Below, one piece after another: positions 30,327 to 36,764 of a DNA stretch of 41,119 nt. Position 1 is the first letter of the stretch. The number at the start of each line of letters is the position of its first letter. Under the pieces are notes generated by a model. The model was not told the DNA's origin, did not search any database, and saw nothing but the letters and a program-made list of their open reading frames with translations. The stretch is taken from the IMG/VR virus record IMGVR_UViG_3300035670_000511. The stretch is one strand, 5' to 3'. The DNA is from a virus. The position numbers and the translations under genes were made by a program.

Positions 30327-32159
30327 ATGAACATTCTTCAGGGGATCGAGCACCTGCACACGCTCGACGGCGCCAGCTTCGTGGCGTTTGACGTGGAGAC
30401 CACTGGGCTCCAGCCGAAATTTGGTGGTCTGCGGCTGCTGCAGCTGGCCACCGTGGGCCAGCCGCCGGTGGTGATGGACTGCTGGCAGTTCAGCGATGAG
30501 GACTGGATCACGCTGGAAAACTTCTTTACCAAGGAGCGGACCTGGCTGGCGCACAATGCGGTGTTCGATCTGGGCTGGCTCCAGGAGCATGAGATTTACC
30601 CGGAAGGGCAAGTGCTCTGTTCGATGCTGGCCAGCCGGATCTTGACCAACGGGCTGGCCAACGTGAAGCACGGGCTCCAGCACGTGGTGCGGCGGTACTT
30701 GAGCTACGAGATTTCGAAGGAGGAGCAGGCCAGCAACTGGTCGGTGGATTTGTCGGCGAGCCAGCTGGAGTATGCGGCGAAGGATGTGGTGGTGTTAACG
30801 GAGTTGTGGGAGCCGATTATGCAGCGGATGGCGGCTGCGTCGCCGCCGTTGCTGCCGGCTTGGCACTTGGAGTGCAAGGCGTTGCCGGCGATGGCGCAGT
30901 TATGGCGGACCGGCCTTCCCTTTAATAAGGATTCTCTTGTTCAACTGATCGAAGAACTCGATATTGAGCACAACGAAGTTGGCGCCAAGTTCATCGAAGA
31001 CTTTGATGCCGCGCTGCCGGAGCACGCCAAACTGCACCGTGGGCTCGATGGGAACCTGCTGTACCAGACGAAGCCTGGGGCGAAAGGTAAGAAAGCCGAT
31101 GCAGATGTTTTCAACCTGAATAGTCCGGTCCAGTTGTTGGCGAAGTTCACCGCCTTGTTGGGTGAAGCGCCGGTGGATATGAAAACTGGAAAGAAAAGTG
31201 CGAGTAAGTCTGCGCTCCAGGAATACATCGGGGATCACAAACTTATTGCGGATTATTTGCGGTGGAAGCGTGTAGAGAAGCGGCGGCAAATGGCGGAGAC
31301 TTTGTTGAAGAATTTGTCGGATGATGGGTTTATTCGTGCCAGCTATTTGCAGCTTGGGGCTGATACTGGGCGGATGAGTTGCATGAGTCCGAATTTGCAA
31401 CAAGTGCCGCGGGATGTGCGTTTCCGGGCTTGTGTGCAGGCACCAACTGGTTGGCGACTAGTTGTAGCGGACTATGGACAGATGGAGTTGCGGCTGGCGG
31501 CAGCGGAAGCTCAAGATCCTCTTATGACTCAGGTGTTCCAGCAGGGGAAGGACCTGCATACGATTACAGCGACGCAGATTTATGGGGTCAAGGAAGAAGA
31601 TGTTACAAAAGAACAGCGGCAAGTTAGTAAATCAGCGAACTTCGGTTTGTTATACGGAAGCGGTGCAAAAGGGCTCAGAAATTATGCAGCAGCGATGGGA
31701 ATCCAGATGGATCTTGATGAGGCTGCGACGGTGCGGGAAAAGTTCCACGCTGCATATAAAGGCATCTCCAAATGGCAGCGGGACAATGCTCGCGCTGCTG
31801 ATGCGGCTGCGGACAATCCATCTATCCGCATACGCCTCTCGGGCTTGCGGCGGTTTTTACCGGGCGAGAACAATAAACTTACGACCCGTTGCAACACCCC
31901 AATCCAAGGAGCTGGTGCCGCCGTGCTCAAACTTACGCTCGGCAAACTGTGGCCGCTCCTTAAAGCAGACGGAGAAGACCGTGTGCGCTTGGCCGGCGTG
32001 GTGCATGACGAGATCATCCTGCTCGTAAAAGAAGAGCACGCCGATGTTTGGGCTGCTCAGCTCCAGGCAATCATGGAGGAATCCGAAGCCCGCTGGCTCG
32101 GAGATATTCCGCCGCTCGCAGAGGCTAAGGTCGGGTTGAGCTGGGACCAGGCAAAGTGA
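30327..32159 (+). CDS. polA: Family A DNA polymerase with a 3'-5' exonuclease domain and no 5' nuclease domain
   Basis: Exo I is FDVETTGL. Motif A is DYGQMELRLAA. Motif B is RQVSKSANFGLLYGSG. Motif C is VHDEIIL. Confidence 0.9.
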   Translation: MNILQGIEHLHTLDGASFVAFDVETTGLQPKFGGLRLLQLATVGQPPVVMDCWQFSDEDWITLENFFTKERTWLAHNAVFDLGWLQEHEIYPEGQVLCSMLASRILTNGLANVKHGLQHVVRRYLSYEISKEEQASNWSVDLSASQLEYAAKDVVVLTELWEPIMQRMAAASPPLLPAWHLECKALPAMAQLWRTGLPFNKDSLVQLIEELDIEHNEVGAKFIEDFDAALPEHAKLHRGLDGNLLYQTKPGAKGKKADADVFNLNSPVQLLAKFTALLGEAPVDMKTGKKSASKSALQEYIGDHKLIADYLRWKRVEKRRQMAETLLKNLSDDGFIRASYLQLGADTGRMSCMSPNLQQVPRDVRFRACVQAPTGWRLVVADYGQMELRLAAAEAQDPLMTQVFQQGKDLHTITATQIYGVKEEDVTKEQRQVSKSANFGLLYGSGAKGLRNYAAAMGIQMDLDEAATVREKFHAAYKGISKWQRDNARAADAAADNPSIRIRLSGLRRFLPGENNKLTTRCNTPIQGAGAAVLKLTLGKLWPLLKADGEDRVRLAGVVHDEIILLVKEEHADVWAAQLQAIMEESEARWLGDIPPLAEAKVGLSWDQAK

Positions 32160-32326
32160 TCCGGGAGGACTTCGAGTATCGGGTCAGGATGTATGCACTC
32201 CATGGCCCGATGCACGATGTTTATGTTGTGGCGCCTGATGCGTTCCAGGCGCACATGCAGGTCAGGCAGCAATATCCCGGCAGACTGGTCCAGTCCATCA
32301 TGCGAGTCTCAGAGTTAGACCAGTGA
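32156..32326 (+). CDS. Hypothetical protein (56 aa). It is not in the ORF track.
   Basis: My own translation from the GTG at 32156 (GTGA overlap with the polA stop) gives MIREDFEYRVRMYALHGPMHDVYVVAPDAFQAHMQVRQQYPGRLVQSIMRVSELDQ*. Its stop overlaps the next start (GTGA). Confidence 0.45.
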   Translation: MIREDFEYRVRMYALHGPMHDVYVVAPDAFQAHMQVRQQYPGRLVQSIMRVSELDQ

Positions 32327-32532
32327 GTCCAGCCCGCACGGGAAGGGAACTTGTGATGGAGTGGCTCCAGCGGGAGATACGGCTGGCGAAGACGGCGGAT
32401 TTGCACAGAATGGCTGCGTTTTTGGAGTGGGCGCGGCAAATTCGGCAGGGGTGCTCCAAGCAGAGGAGTGGGGCGAGGCGGGCGCAGTCCAATGCGTGGC
32501 GGAAAAAAGTGGACGACGATATTCGGTGGTAG
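32323..32532 (+). CDS. Hypothetical basic protein (69 aa)
   Basis: The GTG start is coupled to the previous ORF. Confidence 0.45.
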   Translation: MSPARTGRELVMEWLQREIRLAKTADLHRMAAFLEWARQIRQGCSKQRSGARRAQSNAWRKKVDDDIRW

Positions 32533-32573
32533 GTCTACTGTGTCTCACTGTGCTATTGTGTATGAGACTAGAC
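32533..32573. promoter_or_regulatory. Interrupted inverted repeat (candidate operator) upstream of the RHH gene
   Basis: GTCTA-ctgt-GTCTCA-(15 nt containing TATTGT)-TGAGAC-TAGAC. It ends 8 nt before the ATG at 32582. Confidence 0.45.
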
Positions 32574-32581
32574 GAAGTACC

Positions 32582-32857
32582 ATGCCGCTGAAGCACGGAT
32601 CGAAGCTGTATTGCCAGTTGCTGCTGGACCCGCATCGGTACAAGTTGGCGGAAAATCTTGCGGCTGGGGAAGGTAAAAAGGTGACGGCGTTGTTGCGGGA
32701 GATGGTTTATACGGCGCTCGAAAAGGCGCTGCCGGCCTCGGAGTACAAGGCGGCGGAGGCTGCGGATGAAGCCCTGTGGCGTGAGTCGGTGAAAAAGCGG
32801 GTGGAGGGAAGGATGCGCTCCAAGCAAGAACCGCCCAAAGCAGAACCGGACGCATGA
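32582..32857 (+). CDS. Ribbon-helix-helix (CopG/Arc-like) DNA-binding protein
   Basis: I trimmed the ORF to the ATG at 32582. ..KLYCQLLLDPHRYKLAENLAAGEGKKVTALLREMVYTALEK.. fits a strand-helix-helix pattern. Confidence 0.5.
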   Translation: MPLKHGSKLYCQLLLDPHRYKLAENLAAGEGKKVTALLREMVYTALEKALPASEYKAAEAADEALWRESVKKRVEGRMRSKQEPPKAEPDA

Positions 32858-32873
32858 GACTCAGTTAAAGGTC

Positions 32874-32901
32874 TTCATAGTCTGGGTCTGTGCGGTAGAA
32901 T
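32874..32901 (+). promoter_or_regulatory. Sigma70-like promoter candidate (TTCATA - 16 nt - TAGAAT) embedded in GTCT repeats
   Basis: The -35-like box is at 32874-32879 and the -10 TAGAAT at 32896-32901. GTCT occurs at 32871, 32880 and 32886. It is 35 nt upstream of the gene at 32936. Confidence 0.4.
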
Positions 32902-32935
32902 CCACTAGTCTTACACAGTAATTCAATTACAACAG

Positions 32936-33163
32936 ATGACTCGCTATGTGGTGATGGCCGGGGATCGCTGGGTCACAGCGGTCTACGGACCAGGGAATGG
33001 AATCGGATTTACGGCGACCAAAGAGGATGCCTCCAGCTGGGTCACCTATGAGAAGGCTGTCGCTGCGGCGAGAGTTGTTGCTGACTGCGTTGACGGCTTT
33101 GTTGCTGTACACAGCGTTGAAGAACCCAACTACCCCAAGTCATGGAAAACCTGTACGAACTGA
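32936..33163 (+). CDS. Hypothetical protein (75 aa)
   Basis: The ORF follows the promoter-like region. Confidence 0.5.
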   Translation: MTRYVVMAGDRWVTAVYGPGNGIGFTATKEDASSWVTYEKAVAAARVVADCVDGFVAVHSVEEPNYPKSWKTCTN

Positions 33164-33381
33164 AGATTTGGATGCCGGGCCAGGGCGCGATGCGCGATTT
33201 GGTGCGGGCGGAATCGGTGAACCAGGCGATCCAGTTCGCAAGGAATCGTTACCCGAATTGTGTGGTGGAGGTGCCGTCAGCGCCGGCGCCGAAGCCTAGG
33301 CTGGCGCGGTCAAATGTCGGACCTCGGGAAGCCGAGCGCCGGCGTCTCAGACTCGTGGAGAAAAAACGTGACAATCCCTGA
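33142..33381 (+). CDS. Hypothetical protein with a basic tail (79 aa)
   Basis: The ORF overlaps the previous gene by 22 nt. Confidence 0.45.
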   Translation: MENLYELKIWMPGQGAMRDLVRAESVNQAIQFARNRYPNCVVEVPSAPAPKPRLARSNVGPREAERRRLRLVEKKRDNP

Positions 33382-33541
33382 CTGGGCGCAAGATGCCTGG
33401 AGACGCACCAGCCAAGACCAAGCGCGGGCGGATTTCCTGGAGCAGTTGTATTTGGAGGATGGGCGGGATAAGCCCGAGCATCCGATGCACTGTCTGTATA
33501 CCGGGTTGTACCAGCAGTATTTAGGCCGAGTCGCGGTCTAG
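33368..33541 (+). CDS. Hypothetical protein. The start is either GTG 33368 or ATG 33314. It is the last gene of the rightward block.
   Basis: In-frame start options exist within track ORF 33260..33541. Its 3' end overlaps the convergent gene 33521..33742 by 21 nt. Confidence 0.4.
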   Translation: MTIPDWAQDAWRRTSQDQARADFLEQLYLEDGRDKPEHPMHCLYTGLYQQYLGRVAV

Positions 33542-33742
33542 GCCGAATTGCTCGGTGAGGTTGTCTGCGGCTTCGCGGATTGCCCACCGGGCTTTTGTTT
33601 GCTCCAGCTGGTGGAGCGTGTTCAAGATGAGGGCGGCTTCGAGGAGGCCGCGGTAGTCGCCGGAGTTGAAGCGGTCCACGAGCCACTTGTCGGTGGCGGC
33701 CTTGTGGAAGCAAGACTCGGTGGTGTGTTCGATGGGGCGCAT
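33521..33742 (-). CDS. Hypothetical protein (73 aa), the last gene of the late/lysis block
   Basis: I trimmed the 154-aa track ORF to the ATG at 33742, 2 nt after the endolysin stop (MRPIEHTTESCFHKAATDKWLVDRF..). Confidence 0.5.
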   Translation of the reverse strand: MRPIEHTTESCFHKAATDKWLVDRFNSGDYRGLLEAALILNTLHQLEQTKARWAIREAADNLTEQFGLDRDSA

Positions 33743-33744
33743 GG

Positions 33745-34872
33745 TCACCTCGGGCGGATTTTCATGAACCAGCCGGTGTCGTCGCCTTCGATGAGCCAAC
33801 GAGGCAGCCAGTTTTTGCGGGAGTAGACGACGCCCGCTCCACCCTTGTGGCTGACGTAACCGCCGCTGACGAGATTGGCCTCGCCGTAGGGGTCGTTGTG
33901 GATGAAGTGGGTGGGGGTGAAGCCGACGACAACGCTCCAGTGGCCGGTGCCAGAGGGGTTGCTGACGGGACCTTTGTGGAGCCAACCGACGGGGACGGGG
34001 TGGCCGTTGCTGATTTCATCCTCTAGTTCTTCGACCGTGCCATCCATCTCGAAGGTGGCGGTGAGTCCCAGGGCTTTGAGGGCGGCGATTTGGGCTTTGG
34101 GGTCGGTTGTATCACCGAAACGAGCACGGAGCTTGTTGTATTCATAATCGCCGCTTATTTTTCCGTAGTAGCGGGCCGCCATCGCGCAGCTGGAGCTGAA
34201 GCACTGGCGGTAGCCGGTGGCGCCGTCATCGGGTCCCAGCTGGTATTCGTATGCAACCTTTAGGACCTTTTCTTTTGGTTTGACGAGAGGTTTAGTTCCC
34301 GTATGTTGAGCCATCAGCTCGATCAACTTACTGGCGTAAGCCGGATCGGTTGCATACCCTTCTTTCACCAGCCAGTGGGCGGCGTCTTCGCGGGTACTGG
34401 CGTTGTTGCAGCCTTTGTAGGCTTTGAAGTCTTTGTACCAGTGGTCAACGAGATAGACGACGCAAGACAGCAGATCGGGGAAGTCGATGAAACTGTCGGT
34501 AATCGTGACCCATTGATTGTTAATGAACTCTTGAGTTTTGGTGTCGCTGCCTTCGCCCTTAAGGCCGAAGAAATTGTTGCGGCCTGAGACGAGTTTGCCC
34601 CAGCTGGATTCCAGTGCCCATTGGGCGGCGACGAGTTCGGGGAATTTGGCGCCAGCGACGCGGGCAGCTTCGAGCACGCCTTCCCAGGTGTTGGGGAAGC
34701 TGCTTTGCCTGCCGGCAACGCTCCAGGTTTTGAACCAGCCCTGGTCGCGGCCGAGAATGTGGGGGTTGGCCTTGTTGATGGCGAGTTCCAGCTCGGTTAG
34801 GGCGGCGAGCTGGTGCGGCAAACTCCGGTAATACCGAAATAGGTCAGTTAGGCGGATCTTGTTGGAAGCCAT
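33745..34872 (-). CDS. Bifunctional endolysin: N-acetylglucosaminidase (FlgJ/GH73-like) plus C39-like cysteine peptidase
   Basis: ..VAAQWALESSWGKLVSGRNNFFGLKG.. is the glucosaminidase signature. ..YRQCFSSSCAMAARYYG.. with ..GHWSVVVGF.. provides a Cys/His papain-like peptidase half. Confidence 0.75.
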   Translation of the reverse strand: MASNKIRLTDLFRYYRSLPHQLAALTELELAINKANPHILGRDQGWFKTWSVAGRQSSFPNTWEGVLEAARVAGAKFPELVAAQWALESSWGKLVSGRNNFFGLKGEGSDTKTQEFINNQWVTITDSFIDFPDLLSCVVYLVDHWYKDFKAYKGCNNASTREDAAHWLVKEGYATDPAYASKLIELMAQHTGTKPLVKPKEKVLKVAYEYQLGPDDGATGYRQCFSSSCAMAARYYGKISGDYEYNKLRARFGDTTDPKAQIAALKALGLTATFEMDGTVEELEDEISNGHPVPVGWLHKGPVSNPSGTGHWSVVVGFTPTHFIHNDPYGEANLVSGGYVSHKGGAGVVYSRKNWLPRWLIEGDDTGWFMKIRPR

Positions 34873-35125
34873 CGGACCAAGGAGAGCGGATACTCATGGG
34901 GCCGCCAAGAAGACGGCTGTCGCCGGTTTGTAGTTCGTCATTGATGGGTTCGTTAACGACAACGGGTTTTGTCGTTACTGGTTGAGCGTCGTGCCAGTCC
35001 TGGATGGTGCGGTCTAGGCGAGGTTTAAGGGTTGCGTGGAATTTGTGGTCCTGCGCTGCTTTACGCAGGTGATCCTTCCACGTCTTGTCGCCGAAACGCA
35101 CCAGCCAGGTGGTGTCGGCGTTCAA
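34844..35125 (-). CDS. Hypothetical protein in the lysis cassette (93 aa, TTG start)
   Basis: The ORF is coupled to both the holin-like gene (TTGA) and the endolysin (29-nt overlap). Confidence 0.4.
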   Translation of the reverse strand: MNADTTWLVRFGDKTWKDHLRKAAQDHKFHATLKPRLDRTIQDWHDAQPVTTKPVVVNEPINDELQTGDSRLLGGPMSIRSPWSDGFQQDPPN

Positions 35126-35262
35126 CGCTTTGGGAAGAGTGTGCGGGCAGCAATGAGGAGTGCCTGCACGATCCCGTTGGCTTTGACGCCGGGATACAGG
35201 GACAACGCCTCAGAGATGGCGGCAATCACGATGGCGATGACCGCATAGGTGGTGGGGTCCAT
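35122..35262 (-). CDS. Holin-like small membrane protein (46 aa). It is not in the ORF track.
   Basis: My own translation gives MDPTTYAVIAIVIAAISEALSLYPGVKANGIVQALLIAARTLFPKR*. It has two hydrophobic segments and a basic C-terminus, and lies two genes upstream of the endolysin. Confidence 0.5.
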   Translation of the reverse strand: MDPTTYAVIAIVIAAISEALSLYPGVKANGIVQALLIAARTLFPKR

Positions 35263-35361
35263 GAGAAATCAGTAGGTCCACTGAAGTTTAGCTGTAGTAG
35301 ACAAGAGCACCAGAGCACGTAATAGTTTCTACCGCTACCGTTCCAGTAGCCACTGCTTGGT

Positions 35362-35682
35362 ATGGACCATCGCATCGAGGATGGCGAATACTTAAACAAA
35401 AAAGAGGCAAAGTTAAGGTTTAGGCAATCAATCCTTAGTGATTGGGATAACTGCTGCGCGTATTGCGGGGATGACCTGGGGCGTGCGGCGACGCTGGATC
35501 ACGTTCACCCGAAGATGAAGGGAGGTTTGACGCACCAGCAGAATTTGGTGGCGTGCTGCTTCGCGTGCAATATCGCTAAGTCGTCGGAGGATTGGATTGA
35601 GTGGTACCGGCGCCAGCCGTTTTGGACGGAGGAGCGGGAAGACCAGATTATTTTTTGGATTACTGGGGGTCTTGTTGCTTAG
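35362..35682 (+). CDS. HNH endonuclease (free-standing, opposite orientation to its neighbours)
   Basis: CAYCGDDLG..ATLDHVHPKMKGGLTHQQNLVACCFACNIAK is a canonical HNH/zinc motif. Confidence 0.85.
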   Translation: MDHRIEDGEYLNKKEAKLRFRQSILSDWDNCCAYCGDDLGRAATLDHVHPKMKGGLTHQQNLVACCFACNIAKSSEDWIEWYRRQPFWTEEREDQIIFWITGGLVA

Positions 35683-35845
35683 GGTCCCAGCCCATGCCTT
35701 CGAGGTACATAATTGCGATGTAGTGATCTTCGGCGTAACGGCAAATGCTGCCTTTGCAGGCGCGGTAGTACAGTTCGCCGCGTTCATTTTCGAGTTGGTC
35801 CAGCGTATAGCCGTTGCCGTAATCGGTGCTGTTAGTGACGGCCAT
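35660..35845 (-). CDS. Hypothetical protein (61 aa)
   Basis: The ORF's 3' end overlaps the HNH 3' end by 23 nt. Its start overlaps the upstream stop. Confidence 0.45.
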   Translation of the reverse strand: MAVTNSTDYGNGYTLDQLENERGELYYRACKGSICRYAEDHYIAIMYLEGMGWDPKQQDPQ

Positions 35846-36087
35846 TAGCGACGCATTTCTAGTTTGATGATACGAACGTCGTGATCTTTAACGGTGTCTT
35901 CCAGTTCACCAACGCGAGTCTTGAACTGCTCTTGATTTTGTATTACACGCTCCAGTTGGGATGGGACGGTGTAAACGAGATAACCGATGCCGGTGATCGC
36001 ACCACCGGCAAGGAGTACAACGAGACCGGCGATGGCTTCTTGCTTGACAGCCCGCCAAAAGCTAGTGTCTGACGGGCTTGGGGCCAC
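35845..36087 (-). CDS. Membrane-anchored coiled-coil protein (holin or spanin-like candidate)
   Basis: 80 aa. The TM segment is AIAGLVVLLAGGAITGIGYLVYTV, followed by a coiled coil (..QEQFKTRVGELEDTVKDHDVRIIKLE..). The start codon is GTG. Confidence 0.45.
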   Translation of the reverse strand: MAPSPSDTSFWRAVKQEAIAGLVVLLAGGAITGIGYLVYTVPSQLERVIQNQEQFKTRVGELEDTVKDHDVRIIKLEMRR

Positions 36088-36112
36088 TGTCGCCTAGGAA
36101 TCTTTTTTTAGT

Positions 36113-36247
36113 TTAACGTCCTTGACCGCGAGTCTTTTTGCGCCCGTGATTAGGCAGGCTGTGCTGGCCCTGGCCTTGCCTGGTGCGCTTGGGTTTGCCG
36201 GGTTTGTGTTCGACTCGGGCGGTGCCGGTTTTGCTTTTTACTGCCAC
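36113..36247 (-). CDS. Possible 44-aa highly basic peptide
   Basis: The GTG-start ORF reads VAVKSKTGTARVEHKPGKPKRTRQGQGQHSLPNHGRKKTRGQGR*. It overlaps the upstream gene by 10 nt. The call is speculative. Confidence 0.2.
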   Translation of the reverse strand: MAVKSKTGTARVEHKPGKPKRTRQGQGQHSLPNHGRKKTRGQGR

Positions 36248-36567
36248 GGCACACCAGCAGCCTTACTGGGATGACGCTGCTCGTCAAGTTGAGCTTGGAG
36301 CGCAGCTTGGATCTCGTTGACCTTTTCCTCGCCGCCAAGGGCTTCTTGCACCCAAGAAACGACAAGATCCGGCGTTAAATCCGAGAACGGAATCAAATTT
36401 TCGGGGCGCTCGAAGCCGATGGAGCCGTACGCACCAGAGGAGTAGGTGCCGTCTTCGGCGCTGACGGTGTAGTGGGCGGTGAAGACGAAGCCGTCGGCGG
36501 TTTCGCGTTCCAGGTTGGCAATGCCCCAGGTGAATACCGTGGTGGGCGCGTCGGCAGCTTTGGGCAT
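36238..36567 (-). CDS. Hypothetical protein (109 aa) downstream of the tail fibre
   Basis: The ORF has normal composition. Confidence 0.55.
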   Translation of the reverse strand: MPKAADAPTTVFTWGIANLERETADGFVFTAHYTVSAEDGTYSSGAYGSIGFERPENLIPFSDLTPDLVVSWVQEALGGEEKVNEIQAALQAQLDEQRHPSKAAGVPWQ

Positions 36568-36574
36568 GGTGTTA

Positions 36575-36739
36575 GCTGTTTCTGTTGGAGTTTAATGGAG
36601 GTGGCAAGTCGAAGCACTGACGGATCTCCGCCTTGCGCTGTTCGATGCGTTCCCGGCGCTCAGGACCGAAGTCTTTGGTAAGGTCTGAAAAAGGACGCAC
36701 CATCGGATTTTGTCCGATCTTTTCGCTGTTTTTGACCAT
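36575..36739 (-). CDS. Hypothetical protein (54 aa). It is not in the ORF track.
   Basis: My own translation gives MVKNSEKIGQNPMVRPFSDLTKDFGPERRERIEQRKAEIRQCFDLPPPLNSNRNS*. It fills the gap between the fibre gene and 36567. Confidence 0.4.
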
Positions 36740-36764
36740 TAGGGAAGGTGACTAGCGAGTAGGA

